Virus record (IMG/VR): IMGVR_UViG_3300023181_000026
Span: 1-64,000 of that record
DNA: 64,000 nucleotides
Source of the DNA: a virus
Strand: one strand, 5' to 3'
In this document: positions 51,363 through 62,303 of the stretch, in pieces
Layout of the letters: every line of letters begins with the position of its first letter
Numbering within the stretch: position 1 is the first letter of the stretch
The notes under the pieces: model-generated
The model's input: the letters and a program-made list of their open reading frames with translations, nothing else
What the model was told of the DNA's origin: nothing
Database searches by the model: none
Program-made: the position numbers and the translations under genes

Positions 51363-54300
51363 TTATGGATATAACCTTTCATTATTTTTAGTAAATTTCA
51401 TTACAGATTTTATTTGAGTATTTCCAGTTTTGTAGAACCTAACTAAAAACCAATTTCCTTTCATTCGTTCTGGTAGAGGTGATTTGTAGGTTATGTTTTC
51501 TATATTGACTTCTTTTTCTACGTCTACGTTATCTTTTAACCAGTTTACTATATTATTATTCTCAGAGTTTACTCTGTTATAAATATAATTTACATTGAAT
51601 ATATCATCATACTTTGTTACTAATATTTCTTGATTGTCGATATTAGTTTTTGGGTACTGTAGTTTCTGGTAAATGTTGTTTTTCTCTTCTTCTACAAGTT
51701 TTAATACTCCTGAGTTATTTGTCGCATTGTAAACAACCATAGAAGTAAATCCTATTTTTGGCAGAGGTGCACTGTCATACTCATTGTGATATCTTTCAGA
51801 ATCTAAAATGAATTGGACATTCTCTAAAGTTTTTTTATCAAGACTAGGTTTTGTAGGTAATTCTATTGTCCAATCAAACGCATCTCCATAGAAAACTCTA
51901 TATGACCTATTGGTTAATAGGTGTGACCAGATACCTTTATTGTCCCCATAATTTAACCCTGATTGAAAATAATCCTGATGTGCCACATAATAGTTAGGCT
52001 TAAAGCTATAGTAGCTTATCCATGATTCTGTCAGAGGTGAATACGCCATAGTCCAAGAAGCTTCCTCGAAATATTCTGTATCTGATAAGTCAACTGGAGT
52101 AAGTATGTCCTGCTGACTAGGCTCTACAGATATCGTACAAGTGCACAGTCCATTTTGAATACCACAATCTCCTATGCAAGGGAAAGGCGTAGTGCTCTCT
52201 ACACAATTACATGTTAATTCTCCATTGTCATTTTCTAAATAACAAGGTTGCTCACATTGTTCACACTTAGGCGCATTCTGAACTGAAAGTATAATATTAT
52301 TTATGTTAGGGTTTGTAAAAGCTACAGGAAAACCATTAACATCTGTCAAAGCTATATAAGGTATTGAATTTCCTGAGTAGCCTGTAAAGTTACCTCCTAT
52401 TAAAATTTCACCTTCTTGGTCAGTATCAAAATCAAATATTGTCCTGTCTACAATTGAACTTCCTCCTGTTATTACTTTATTGTTATTGAAAGAACTGTCT
52501 AAACTTCCGTCTGGGTTAAGCCTTACTATTCCTACGGCTGGTTGACCTTTGTAAGTTTCAAATCTTCCTGCTGCTAGTATCTTATCTCCTTGCATCTGAA
52601 CTCTATACAAGAAGAAATTAAATTCATCTTGTCCTGGGTAACCAAATCCTTCTCCAACATTAAAAGTTGTATCTAATTCTCCATTAGGAAAAAGCCTGAC
52701 TATCTTTTTAGATACTATGCCATTATACTGAACATTTCTATTTCCTATTATGTATCTCCCCTGAGAATCCACTTCTATTGATTCGCATCTTTGAGAGCCA
52801 TTAACCGTAGCTGCAAATCTAGTTCCTCCTCCAAAAGACGGATCGATCTGCCCATTAGGTAATAGCTTAAATAAACCTTTAGTGGGCTGTCCATTATATA
52901 GAGCATTTACAGTAGCTACTAATATTTTTTCATTCTCCACTATCCTTATGTCATAAGCTCCTTGAGATGAAAATCCCACTGTAGAGTCAAATGTAGCATC
53001 ATAATCTCCATTAGACGTTAACCTAACTATACCGTTTGCTGTATTTCCATTATACGAAGTGAATTGTCCTCCTACCATAATCCTACCGTCTTCATAAATA
53101 TCTATAGCATTTACAGACATTGAAGATATTGTATTTGAAAAACCTAATCCTATATCAAAAGTATTATCTATAGTTCCGTTGTAATTTATTCTAAACAGTC
53201 CATTTATAGTGTTTCCAGCTACTGTAGTGAAGTTACCTCCTATTAAGATTCTTCCTAGGCTATCTCTTTTAAAAGTGAGTATGCTGCCATTATTAACTGC
53301 GGGTGTTGCTACTTCTGAGTTAAACAATCTTTGATTTGGTGAAGTAAATACACCTCCTGCAAAATAACCCAAACTAGGTGGGCACGGTGCTATAGGTGTT
53401 GAATTTATTCTTTGGCAAACATTTAAGGCAGCGTTAAAAATATAACCTTCGGGACACACTTGAGTGGTTATTTCTTTCTCACACATTTGAGAAGTAGGGT
53501 TATAAATATAGCCTTCAGGACAAGTTATGATAGGTTCCGCTCCACATAAAGTTTCATTTTTAACATATCCTAACTCTTCATCATATTGTATGCAAGGTGT
53601 GGGAATATAGTCTTTTTTAGTTAAGAATACTCTTTTATACTTAGAATCCCAAACCATTGCCAAGCCAATTCCATTGCTTGCATTGTCTATTTCCGAATTT
53701 GGAATAGATTTTAACATTTTAAATGGAAGTTGTTCTTTAAACCATCTTGTTTTACCTTCTGTTATATCTTTTAATTGTTCTCCATTTTGATCTAGTTGAA
53801 ATACCTGCCCTCTCTTAGCGTCTGCCCAAAAATGACCGAATTCACTGCTTACCATTGATACATGTTGTGTACCTGAATACCCTAATCCTGTTCTTTTAAA
53901 TTCTATAGGTCTCTTAGCAAATATACCTCCCGTTCCTAACTCAACTGTTTCGGGGGTAATTCTTTCCGCTAAAACATCAATTGAATTATATCTTAACATT
54001 CCATTTTCAAACCTACCTATAATTTGAGCTGATTCTATATCTGCTAAATCTACTAAGCGTCCTAATTCTGCTTTGAAATTATAAAAATCTAAAGGTCTGT
54101 ATCCCAGCCAAGGTTCAAATCTATCAATATCTGAATTGTCAGGGAGTGACCAAAATGTATTATTGGGTTGATAGGTTATTTTTCTGAAATAATCTGTATC
54201 ATAATCTACGGGTAGGCTTCTGTTACCTATTTGAGTTGTTTTTTTAGAATATATAAAATTATAGAAAAATGTGTTATCTTGTCTTATGGGTACATTTTTT

Positions 54301-57300
54301 TCTTGTGTCCAGTTTATAAAATCTTCTGTATTAGGGTAGAAGTTATTTTCTTGCCCTTCTCTTGCATATCTATAATTATTATTTATCTCTGACTCTACTA
54401 GAAAATAAGGTATTCCATAATAAGCTGTATAAAACTTAGAAGGGTTTTTTACATATGTTTTATTAGATCCTGTTAAACAATCAAAATTATAATCTGTATT
54501 TATATTTGGAAACAATGCTGCACCTATCCCTCCTCCATCTCTTGTAGCATAAAAATCAGCATAAAATCTGGGTACACCTACATTAGCTTCTATACTATAA
54601 TTAAATGGGGTTCTGTCAGCTAATCCTATAGCTGTTGTTTTAAATATAGGGTGTTTTATCTTTTTGGCAAACCTACTTATGAAAATATCTCCGCCAAATA
54701 TTTGAGGGAATGATTTAGGAGAAGTTAAGTCTCCTGTGTATCCTGTATTTATCCACTTTACATCATTTATTCCGCCATATTGATCTACTATGTAATTCTT
54801 TATAGAAAAATAAGCACTTGCTATCTGTCTCTCTAAAGTTGAGGATACGTTTACATTTTCACAGCCGACTGATTCAGAGGCAATAGTTCTACTATTATCA
54901 AACTGAGAAAAATAAGAAGGATAAATTACAGGATAGTCTTCCCCTGTTGAAATAAACACTGATGATTCTCTATCTCTATTATTTATCTTTACAGTTTCAC
55001 CTGTTGTTTCTTCTGTAAATTGGTAATTAGCTGGTTTTAAATACTTACTTGTTTTTATTGCCCGCATACTTTGACCTACCACTGTATTAGCAATAGCGTA
55101 GTTATACTTTCCAACAGATGTAAGATAAGACGCAAAGTTTTTAGGTTGTCCTAGACCATCTATAATGTCAAGCCATTGCTTTCTATATTGCCCCACAGTT
55201 AGAAATCCATTTAAAGCTGTAGCTGCTCCAAAAGCTACTGCTGCTAGAGTAGATGCACCTGCGGCATTATTTGTTCCTCCTCCTGTTGCTGTTCCTCCTA
55301 TTACTATTACAAACTGATTACCTGCTGCTAAAATAAAATCAGATACTTTCAGAGCTGTTTCTAAAGCGACTTCTGCTAGGGCTAAAGTTGTAGCTAAAGT
55401 GTAAGCATCATCTCCTAACACAACCTCTTTAACATGGTCTTCTACGTTTACAAAATTTCCTTGCATATGCCCAAATTGATAAGCTTCTATTTTAAGCTCT
55501 GTTGGTAAAGTAGGTTTTGTAAAACTTGTCTCTGGAGAATGAAAAGTATAGTTATTATTAGAGGTTCCCTGATTAGGATGTTGAATAAAAGAATTCCTAT
55601 TTATATCCGTATAAAGAAGTATATTCTCATGGTTATCATTATAAGGGAAATTAGGAAATAGCACAGGAGATGGATTAGTGGCTCCTGGTTCTGTATAAGA
55701 GAACATGTCATTAGCCAATCCCTTTGCTATAATAGACTTATTTAAAGTTCTATCACCTGCTTTTATTTTATAGCCTACAACCAAGTCTCTTTGCTGTTGT
55801 GTCATTAATCCGCTATCTACAGCAACATTTAAAAAATACTGTATAAGCTCTTCATCTAAACTTACACCTATAGGGTATATAATAGAATCCGAAAACGGGG
55901 TTAATTGTTCTGTACTCATAAAAGGGGATACAGAAAAATCAGGAAATTTATAATGTCTTATAGGTTGACATACAAAATTTGCACTTAATTGTCCATCACT
56001 TATATAATATTCTCTAAATTCATTTCTGTATTGCACAGGAATTTCACTCTCATTTATTATAAGAGAATTAGAGTTATATAGTTGTGGATTATCAGGATAT
56101 GTTCTACTGGATTCTGTATAACCAAATTTTCCGTATTTATAAGGAAGTGGGTCACAATTGTTATTTATAGGCACTCTATATTCACATGTTGCTATAAAAT
56201 CTTCTCTCTTAGAAAACACTGCATTTGTAATTTCTACTGTTTTTGACGCACAGTTATAGTTTCTAGCTGTAACAGAAAAACAACCACAAGGAGGTGATAT
56301 AATATATCTAGTACCCTCTACGGTCACTTTAGTTTTTAAAGGGCTGTCAATGGCTATATAGGCTGTTCCTGACGGGTAGTCTGCTTTATCTAATTCCACT
56401 ATCATACCCATAGCTAAATTTACTACGCCACTTTGAATATATGCGGTATCCGAACAAGAATTAAAAGTTGTGAATCTAACTCCATCGTTACTTGAAATAT
56501 CATCATTGGCATCACACTCTGATTTCCCAGTTACTTCGAATGCCATTTTATCTTGATCTCCAAAAAGTACTTTATACCACAATGATCTAGTATGTATAAA
56601 TGAAGTAAAGTCGCCTGATGCTAGAGACGTTTTATTTGTTTGAAGTTCTGCTACTGTTAATGCACCATCATACTGAAGAAATATTGAAGGATTTGGTAAG
56701 CCTTCTACGTAAGTTGTAGTAAGAGCATATTGACATAATGTATTAGAAGTAGTATCATTTCTCTTATAAACTTGTTCTCCAACAGGCATGTAAGCTTCTT
56801 CAAAAGCAGTGTCATTTTCATAGCCATCTTCATTTGTACCTGCTTTGTACATGTTACATAGGCTAGGTGGAGGGGTTGGCTCTAAAGAGCTTGTTTCCTC
56901 ATATTCTACTTCTATAAGTTCTGCTTCTACTGAATCTAAATATACCTCCGTAGACCCATCAATAAGAGTAGGTGTTCCACAATTTTCTTCAAATAATGCC
57001 TCTACATCACAATTTTGTCCAGAATATGTATCTGAAAGTATAGTACATAATTCTGAATTGTAAAGTATGCTTTGGCTATTACATATTTCATCTCTATTAT
57101 TTGCTATGTAATTAAAAAAATTGGTATAAGTGAAATCACACGGTAGAGTTAAAGTTAAGTTAGATAAATTTTCAACGGATTCAACTACACAACTTCTTTT
57201 TGTTTCTCTTTCTACAGTATTGTAATTATCTAGTTCTTCTGAGCCCCAAAATCCTAAGTCTTGCGCAGTGTTATAATATTGAAATCTTTTGGTTCTGTCT

Positions 57301-58697
57301 GCATCTGAGCAATTACTGCCGTAAGTATTTATAGATTGCGTATCTGTGTTATTTACTTCTTCTAGTTCAAAGCTGGTAGGCGGCCTATTTATAAGAGGAA
57401 AATCTGCGGATGTACCTCCATTACTGTAAAGAAGTTGTATTGAAAAAGGGTATACTTCGTCTCTTAAATAAGATTTATAAATAGAACTATTAACTCCATC
57501 TTTATATAAATCCTCTTTTGCTTCAACTGTAATCCATCTTAAAAATCCACCTAAAAGATTAGCACATGGTTGGAAATTTATCTCTTCCTGTTCTTTTGTT
57601 CCGTGCCAATAAAGTAAACCATTTGAAGATGTTAAGCCATCTGCTCTATCATATACTTTTTTGTATATTGAAAGTTTCTGTAGGCTTATAGCTCTTAGGT
57701 TATTAAGACTAGTGATTATAATTTCATTATCTGAGGTAGGCCTTACCTCACCTTCATAGTAGTTAACCCCACTAATACCTCCAGAATATATTATAGCTAT
57801 TTTATAATAAGGATAATCCCTATCTAGATTTTCTATATTTAATTTTATACCAAAATTAGTCTCATATTCAAGTTCAGGTTGTGAAATTATAGTATTATTT
57901 TCGTCAAATATAGCTATAGGATTCGTATTATTATAATAAGAACTTAATTCATTTCCATTTATATCTGAATAAGCTATTAGTACTTCATATTCTCCTGCTT
58001 TTAATCTTCCGCCTTGTTGAATAGAAGTTGGTATAACTATAGGTTGATTAAAGTCCTTTGACACTTTTAACTTTTCGCAATCTAAGCAAGTTGGAGTAGT
58101 ATTATCTTCTCCACAAGAATCTAAACCTGTTACTTTGTATTGGTCTAGTTCATCAACTTGTAAATAACGCATTGTATTTCTCCCATCAGTCCACCATAAT
58201 GTGGTTCCACTAAATTCATACTTTACGATTATTTTTCTTATCGGATATTGTGTGGAAAAGTTTAAACAAAGATTGCAGCTATCATTAAGTAGTGTTGTGT
58301 AAGTACAAGTTGGAGTCTGCACTTGCCCTTCTAATGGTTCAGCTAATAAATTCTTAATATTGCAATTACATTCAGATTCTATATCATCGGCATTGATAAC
58401 ATTATTTATATTATCAATATATCCTATCTCAGAAACTTTTGTAAGAGGGTTAGTTAGAAAAAAATAAGTTCTATTGGAATTAACTTCATATTTTTCTCCT
58501 ATAATAACAAATCCCTGCGGAAAATTGTTACAAAGAATATTTGAAGGTTCGTCCTGTAATAAAAACGTATCTCCCACATCAGAAGCTATATTACTGTTGA
58601 GGGAGAAAGTATATTCTGTCTCAGTTAAATCTATTGGAGACTTGTCAGTGTTCATACCTTTTCTTGGTGAAGAGATACTAATATTTTTTTCAGGCAT
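51363..58697 (-). CDS. crAss-like tail stabilisation/muzzle protein (2444 aa) with inserted Cys-rich repeats and delta-60 beta-propeller
   Basis: N-term KGMNTD.S.., GGRLKAGEYEVLIAYSD, FSRFAKK, SEFGHFWADAKRG, W.SYYSFKPNYY; follows tubular gene. Confidence 0.8.
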   Translation of the reverse strand: MPEKNISISSPRKGMNTDKSPIDLTETEYTFSLNSNIASDVGDTFLLQDEPSNILCNNFPQGFVIIGEKYEVNSNRTYFFLTNPLTKVSEIGYIDNINNVINADDIESECNCNIKNLLAEPLEGQVQTPTCTYTTLLNDSCNLCLNFSTQYPIRKIIVKYEFSGTTLWWTDGRNTMRYLQVDELDQYKVTGLDSCGEDNTTPTCLDCEKLKVSKDFNQPIVIPTSIQQGGRLKAGEYEVLIAYSDINGNELSSYYNNTNPIAIFDENNTIISQPELEYETNFGIKLNIENLDRDYPYYKIAIIYSGGISGVNYYEGEVRPTSDNEIIITSLNNLRAISLQKLSIYKKVYDRADGLTSSNGLLYWHGTKEQEEINFQPCANLLGGFLRWITVEAKEDLYKDGVNSSIYKSYLRDEVYPFSIQLLYSNGGTSADFPLINRPPTSFELEEVNNTDTQSINTYGSNCSDADRTKRFQYYNTAQDLGFWGSEELDNYNTVERETKRSCVVESVENLSNLTLTLPCDFTYTNFFNYIANNRDEICNSQSILYNSELCTILSDTYSGQNCDVEALFEENCGTPTLIDGSTEVYLDSVEAELIEVEYEETSSLEPTPPPSLCNMYKAGTNEDGYENDTAFEEAYMPVGEQVYKRNDTTSNTLCQYALTTTYVEGLPNPSIFLQYDGALTVAELQTNKTSLASGDFTSFIHTRSLWYKVLFGDQDKMAFEVTGKSECDANDDISSNDGVRFTTFNSCSDTAYIQSGVVNLAMGMIVELDKADYPSGTAYIAIDSPLKTKVTVEGTRYIISPPCGCFSVTARNYNCASKTVEITNAVFSKREDFIATCEYRVPINNNCDPLPYKYGKFGYTESSRTYPDNPQLYNSNSLIINESEIPVQYRNEFREYYISDGQLSANFVCQPIRHYKFPDFSVSPFMSTEQLTPFSDSIIYPIGVSLDEELIQYFLNVAVDSGLMTQQQRDLVVGYKIKAGDRTLNKSIIAKGLANDMFSYTEPGATNPSPVLFPNFPYNDNHENILLYTDINRNSFIQHPNQGTSNNNYTFHSPETSFTKPTLPTELKIEAYQFGHMQGNFVNVEDHVKEVVLGDDAYTLATTLALAEVALETALKVSDFILAAGNQFVIVIGGTATGGGTNNAAGASTLAAVAFGAATALNGFLTVGQYRKQWLDIIDGLGQPKNFASYLTSVGKYNYAIANTVVGQSMRAIKTSKYLKPANYQFTEETTGETVKINNRDRESSVFISTGEDYPVIYPSYFSQFDNSRTIASESVGCENVNVSSTLERQIASAYFSIKNYIVDQYGGINDVKWINTGYTGDLTSPKSFPQIFGGDIFISRFAKKIKHPIFKTTAIGLADRTPFNYSIEANVGVPRFYADFYATRDGGGIGAALFPNINTDYNFDCLTGSNKTYVKNPSKFYTAYYGIPYFLVESEINNNYRYAREGQENNFYPNTEDFINWTQEKNVPIRQDNTFFYNFIYSKKTTQIGNRSLPVDYDTDYFRKITYQPNNTFWSLPDNSDIDRFEPWLGYRPLDFYNFKAELGRLVDLADIESAQIIGRFENGMLRYNSIDVLAERITPETVELGTGGIFAKRPIEFKRTGLGYSGTQHVSMVSSEFGHFWADAKRGQVFQLDQNGEQLKDITEGKTRWFKEQLPFKMLKSIPNSEIDNASNGIGLAMVWDSKYKRVFLTKKDYIPTPCIQYDEELGYVKNETLCGAEPIITCPEGYIYNPTSQMCEKEITTQVCPEGYIFNAALNVCQRINSTPIAPCPPSLGYFAGGVFTSPNQRLFNSEVATPAVNNGSILTFKRDSLGRILIGGNFTTVAGNTINGLFRINYNGTIDNTFDIGLGFSNTISSMSVNAIDIYEDGRIMVGGQFTSYNGNTANGIVRLTSNGDYDATFDSTVGFSSQGAYDIRIVENEKILVATVNALYNGQPTKGLFKLLPNGQIDPSFGGGTRFAATVNGSQRCESIEVDSQGRYIIGNRNVQYNGIVSKKIVRLFPNGELDTTFNVGEGFGYPGQDEFNFFLYRVQMQGDKILAAGRFETYKGQPAVGIVRLNPDGSLDSSFNNNKVITGGSSIVDRTIFDFDTDQEGEILIGGNFTGYSGNSIPYIALTDVNGFPVAFTNPNINNIILSVQNAPKCEQCEQPCYLENDNGELTCNCVESTTPFPCIGDCGIQNGLCTCTISVEPSQQDILTPVDLSDTEYFEEASWTMAYSPLTESWISYYSFKPNYYVAHQDYFQSGLNYGDNKGIWSHLLTNRSYRVFYGDAFDWTIELPTKPSLDKKTLENVQFILDSERYHNEYDSAPLPKIGFTSMVVYNATNNSGVLKLVEEEKNNIYQKLQYPKTNIDNQEILVTKYDDIFNVNYIYNRVNSENNNIVNWLKDNVDVEKEVNIENITYKSPLPERMKGNWFLVRFYKTGNTQIKSVMKFTKNNERLYP

Positions 58698-59560
58698 TAT
58701 AGCATAGGTATTTCAAAGACTCTTGTTCTTCTCTTGTTAAGTCTCTCTATATTTTTGAATCCTCCTAAAGTAAGAGTAGAGGCTTTTATATCAGTTAAAG
58801 CTAAAGAAAATTCGGCGTTTTCCTGATTTAAAGTATATTGGATTTTGTTTTGTAAATTTTCATCATCACCATTAAGCCACGCGTCTTCTAATATCTTTCT
58901 TTTAACATGATAGGTTAAGTATGTCTCTAATCTTTCTTGTGGGCTTTCTGGTATGTATAGCTTACCTTCTTCATCCGTTTCGAATCCATAATATCTTATG
59001 AATATTTCGCCATCTGGAAAATTTTGAGAGGTATGAAGGATATTACCTTGTATACTTATTTCATAAGGACTTTCAGCATAGATGTTTTTACAATTTCTTG
59101 TATAACTGTCTTTTGAAGTATGTCGTTTTAGTTTTAATATTGTGGGGTTTTTATAATGTAGATTTACAGTTCTGTCACTATAATATATTTTTTCAACTAT
59201 TGTTTTTTCAGAATACTCTTTTTCACAATCTGCGCAAACATTCCAACTATCTATTTTTTCAACTCTTTCTTTCCAAAATAAAGCTTTCTGTAGAACATCG
59301 GTGGACAAATCTGTATGTATATGTGATTTATCTACTTTTATTGCTAAATCTAAGCTGTCAAAATTTCTTGGTAGCCACGCTCTTCCATTCTCTACTGTAA
59401 TAAGTGTTTCTTGTTTGGTAGTTATTAGATTTCCAAATCTTCTCAAAGCTTTATAAACCCAATCTGTTATAGAGGTATCATCTATAAGAGCTGCTGTATC
59501 GTATTGTTTAAAACTACTCTTTATCTCTGCTATAAAGCTGTCTATATGGATTGATTTCAT
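58697..59560 (-). CDS. crAss-like tail tubular/ring protein (287 aa)
   Basis: position before muzzle gene; GNILHTS.NF..GEIFIRYYG..TDEEG..YIPE...LETYL.Y.VK.KI pattern. Confidence 0.7.
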   Translation of the reverse strand: MKSIHIDSFIAEIKSSFKQYDTAALIDDTSITDWVYKALRRFGNLITTKQETLITVENGRAWLPRNFDSLDLAIKVDKSHIHTDLSTDVLQKALFWKERVEKIDSWNVCADCEKEYSEKTIVEKIYYSDRTVNLHYKNPTILKLKRHTSKDSYTRNCKNIYAESPYEISIQGNILHTSQNFPDGEIFIRYYGFETDEEGKLYIPESPQERLETYLTYHVKRKILEDAWLNGDDENLQNKIQYTLNQENAEFSLALTDIKASTLTLGGFKNIERLNKRRTRVFEIPML

Positions 59561-60054
59561 TTGTAAATATTTTTGACTTCTTTATAGTATAGCTTTTTAC
59601 CTCTTCTATTCAATCTAAAATCTTCTGTTATAGGTCTGTAAAAGCTTCTATCCATGTACCAGCCTTTTAATTTATTTTGTGCAAAAATATCAGTAAACAT
59701 AAAAGGATAGAAATTATAATACTCTGTTTCATGGAAGGGTCTTATTATGTTATCGGGAGTTCTTATGATTTCATTAAACCTTCTAAACATTGGCATATAA
59801 AAAGCAAAATAACCTATTCCCTCTAAGACCACTCCTCCATCTCTTTCTATTAATAACTTTCCCGCAACTTCAAATATCTTATTAACTGCTTCCTGAATTT
59901 CAGGTACAGTTTTTATTATATGTAGTTTTGTTTTCCTTTTTATCCAAGCTTTATAAGAATTATTAAAAGCAGTATTATTGAAATTTTTAGGTGTTACTAA
60001 TTTTCTGCAAGTAGGTTTTATATCTTCTACTTTACTTTTTACTTTATAAATCAT
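59557..60054 (-). CDS. IHF/HU-like DNA-binding protein
   Basis: helix then GGVVLEGIGYF resembles HU/IHF G..V.L.GFG.F; same position as IHF-like genes in crAss-like tail clusters. Confidence 0.6.
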   Translation of the reverse strand: MIYKVKSKVEDIKPTCRKLVTPKNFNNTAFNNSYKAWIKRKTKLHIIKTVPEIQEAVNKIFEVAGKLLIERDGGVVLEGIGYFAFYMPMFRRFNEIIRTPDNIIRPFHETEYYNFYPFMFTDIFAQNKLKGWYMDRSFYRPITEDFRLNRRGKKLYYKEVKNIYK

Positions 60055-60752
60055 TGAATAGTAGCAGATTTTTGATTTGAATCTTTATTTGGGTTTTCAT
60101 CTGTAGGTATAGTAATTACCGTTCCTGCTAACTCTTGTATTACCTCTCTCACTGCATATTCGGCAAGTTTATCACTATTTACTAATGGATAATCCCAATA
60201 ACTTTTACAGCACTCTTCTTTTGAACAAGTTGATATGTCTTTTATCTTCTCAACTTCTAAAGTTAGCAAGTCTACATTTATTGCATAAACTTCATGATCA
60301 GGAATATATAACTTATTACCTCTTCTATAGTATTTAAGAGGACTAAGATGAGCATATCTTCTTTTTGAATTTAATATATAATCTCTTGTGGACATTGGAG
60401 TGAAAAGCTGTTGTCCATCTATAGAGGTTACATTTAATATATTATTGAAGAATTTTGAATCAACTGTTGATGGTAATTCTTCTTTTGTCACCATTAAAGT
60501 TTTACAGGTTCTGAATTCAACTATGTCGCATTTCACAGATTCAATCTTTTCTAATTCTAAACATGGAATGTGACTGAACAGCTCATTCTCCCTATAAAGT
60601 GAGTTGCGCTCCCCTAATTTTTGAGATAATAGAAATTTAACTTTATCTTCTAAAATTCCAAGTATAGCTCTTCTACTATAATAAGAGTCTTTATTTAAAA
60701 ACTTTAATTCATTGCTAACTCTTGAAACTTCTCTGGCTCTAGTATTCTCCAT
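60051..60752 (-). CDS. crAss-like tail ring protein (233 aa)
   Basis: IPCLELEKI..V.C....CKTL.VTK.ELP and Y..GNKLYI, Y.L...KLAEY....I.QEL patterns. Confidence 0.65.
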   Translation of the reverse strand: MENTRAREVSRVSNELKFLNKDSYYSRRAILGILEDKVKFLLSQKLGERNSLYRENELFSHIPCLELEKIESVKCDIVEFRTCKTLMVTKEELPSTVDSKFFNNILNVTSIDGQQLFTPMSTRDYILNSKRRYAHLSPLKYYRRGNKLYIPDHEVYAINVDLLTLEVEKIKDISTCSKEECCKSYWDYPLVNSDKLAEYAVREVIQELAGTVITIPTDENPNKDSNQKSATIQ

Positions 60753-60756
60753 GATA

Positions 60757-60788
60757 CAAAAGTATGTATTATAATATTATTTATCAAA
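60757..60788 (-). promoter_or_regulatory. Bacteroidota sigma70-type promoter for tail operon
   Basis: TTTG, 20-nt spacer, TACTTTTG, 4 nt before ATG (near-leaderless). Confidence 0.75.
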
Positions 60789-60810
60789 AAGTTAAGAATG
60801 GATATTATTA

Positions 60811-60837
60811 AAAAAGGCGGAAGATTGCTCAACCGCC
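60811..60837 (-). terminator. intrinsic terminator
   Basis: - strand GGCGG-loop-CCGCC-TTTTTT. Confidence 0.75.
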
Positions 60838-60870
60838 AATTCAAAGAAAAATAAGGGAAACCAAAAACCC

Positions 60871-62301
60871 TTAAGTTGCTGCTGGTATAAATACTAGAGT
60901 ACCCATAGAAGCTGTTATTTCATTGCTGGCTGCACTTGTACCTAAAAGCGATATAGTCATATTATTATTAAAATTCACTCCTGCACTATAAGTAGCTACA
61001 TAGACATTTGATTGAGCTCCTGCATTAAAGGTCATCATAATTTTTGCAAATACTTGATCTGTTCTTATGATTTGACCGCTTATAGCAAAGCTACCATTAT
61101 TTGAAGTACTAAAAGTAAAACTACTACTTCCAAATTGTACTCCTATCTGTTTGGTTACTCCTGGTGATTGTATTGAACCTGCAAATTTAAATTCCATTTT
61201 ATCACCGTTAGTTATAGCTGTTAAAGCTGGTATAACCATCTGATAAAGTGTAGTCTGAGTAGAGCCGCTATTTGAAGCATCTATAAAATTTTCTTGAAGT
61301 GCTCTTGCACCTCCTCCGCTTGCTGCTGCTGTTACTCTTCCTTTACTGTCAACTGTAATATTAGCACTTATATAACTTCCTGCTGTAACCGCTGTATTTG
61401 ATAAGGTAGTGGCGTTTCCTACAGAAGTTATGTCTCCTGTTAGATTAGGAATTGTTGTAACTGTTGCAGAATTTCCTGTAGTGTCTTGATTTAAGGTGGG
61501 AAAATCAGTTAAACTCGCTGCACTTCCTGTCGGGGTAAGATAATCTGTCCCTGCAATAGCTGCTGTTAAATCTCCTGACCCATTGGCTTTTAAGATGCTA
61601 TTTATAACTGAACTCTGCCTTATTATTCCATTTACATCTAAAGGTCTTATAGGTTGATTAACACCTATTCCTATATTTCCTGTCCTGTGTATACTAACTG
61701 TTTTATTACCTCCTGCATCTGTATTTGAGTTTGACAAGAAGAATGGTGTCGTAGAAGGAGAAATATATGTTACATAAGCTGTTCCATTCCAAACCCAAAG
61801 AGAGTTATTAACTACACTGGTATAAACTATATCGTCATCTTGAGGAGTATTTGGAGTAAACACCGTTCCTCCTGTGTTAGGGTTGGCAGTGTTGAAAGTT
61901 ACTATTGTCTGATTAGTCTCTGTAAATATTCTTTGTGCTAGCCAATCTTCGTCAACAGTAAAACCTAAACTTGTAGAAGTGCTGGAGACATTTATAGAAT
62001 CAGTGTCTACTAAGCTCTTAATCTGTTTTTGTCCTATATTATTGTCTCCCGCATAAATAATTTCTCCTGCTCCTACATTTACAAGGCTAGAAGAACTTCC
62101 CCCTGAACCTGACTGATTTTTTAATTCGCATACTACATCGTCAATAGCTTCCAAAGTTTGAGTTAAAGGTGTATTTGAATTTACAGAGATACAATTTAAA
62201 TCTATTCCGTCATAAACTATATTATCAGTGCTTACATCTCTGAAACAGTTAGATTTCTTTTTACAAGAACATTCTATTGGTTGGTTACATTTATTACACA
62301 T
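60871..62301 (-). CDS. tail/head fibre protein (476 aa) with Cys-rich N-terminal module
   Basis: MCNKC..CSC..C..VSTD.IVYDG..L.C; GNIGIG...P..PLDVNG; TAVTAGSY..ANITVDSKGRVTAAASG fibre repeats. Confidence 0.75.
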   Translation of the reverse strand: MCNKCNQPIECSCKKKSNCFRDVSTDNIVYDGIDLNCISVNSNTPLTQTLEAIDDVVCELKNQSGSGGSSSSLVNVGAGEIIYAGDNNIGQKQIKSLVDTDSINVSSTSTSLGFTVDEDWLAQRIFTETNQTIVTFNTANPNTGGTVFTPNTPQDDDIVYTSVVNNSLWVWNGTAYVTYISPSTTPFFLSNSNTDAGGNKTVSIHRTGNIGIGVNQPIRPLDVNGIIRQSSVINSILKANGSGDLTAAIAGTDYLTPTGSAASLTDFPTLNQDTTGNSATVTTIPNLTGDITSVGNATTLSNTAVTAGSYISANITVDSKGRVTAAASGGGARALQENFIDASNSGSTQTTLYQMVIPALTAITNGDKMEFKFAGSIQSPGVTKQIGVQFGSSSFTFSTSNNGSFAISGQIIRTDQVFAKIMMTFNAGAQSNVYVATYSAGVNFNNNMTISLLGTSAASNEITASMGTLVFIPAAT

Positions 62302-62303
62302 AA

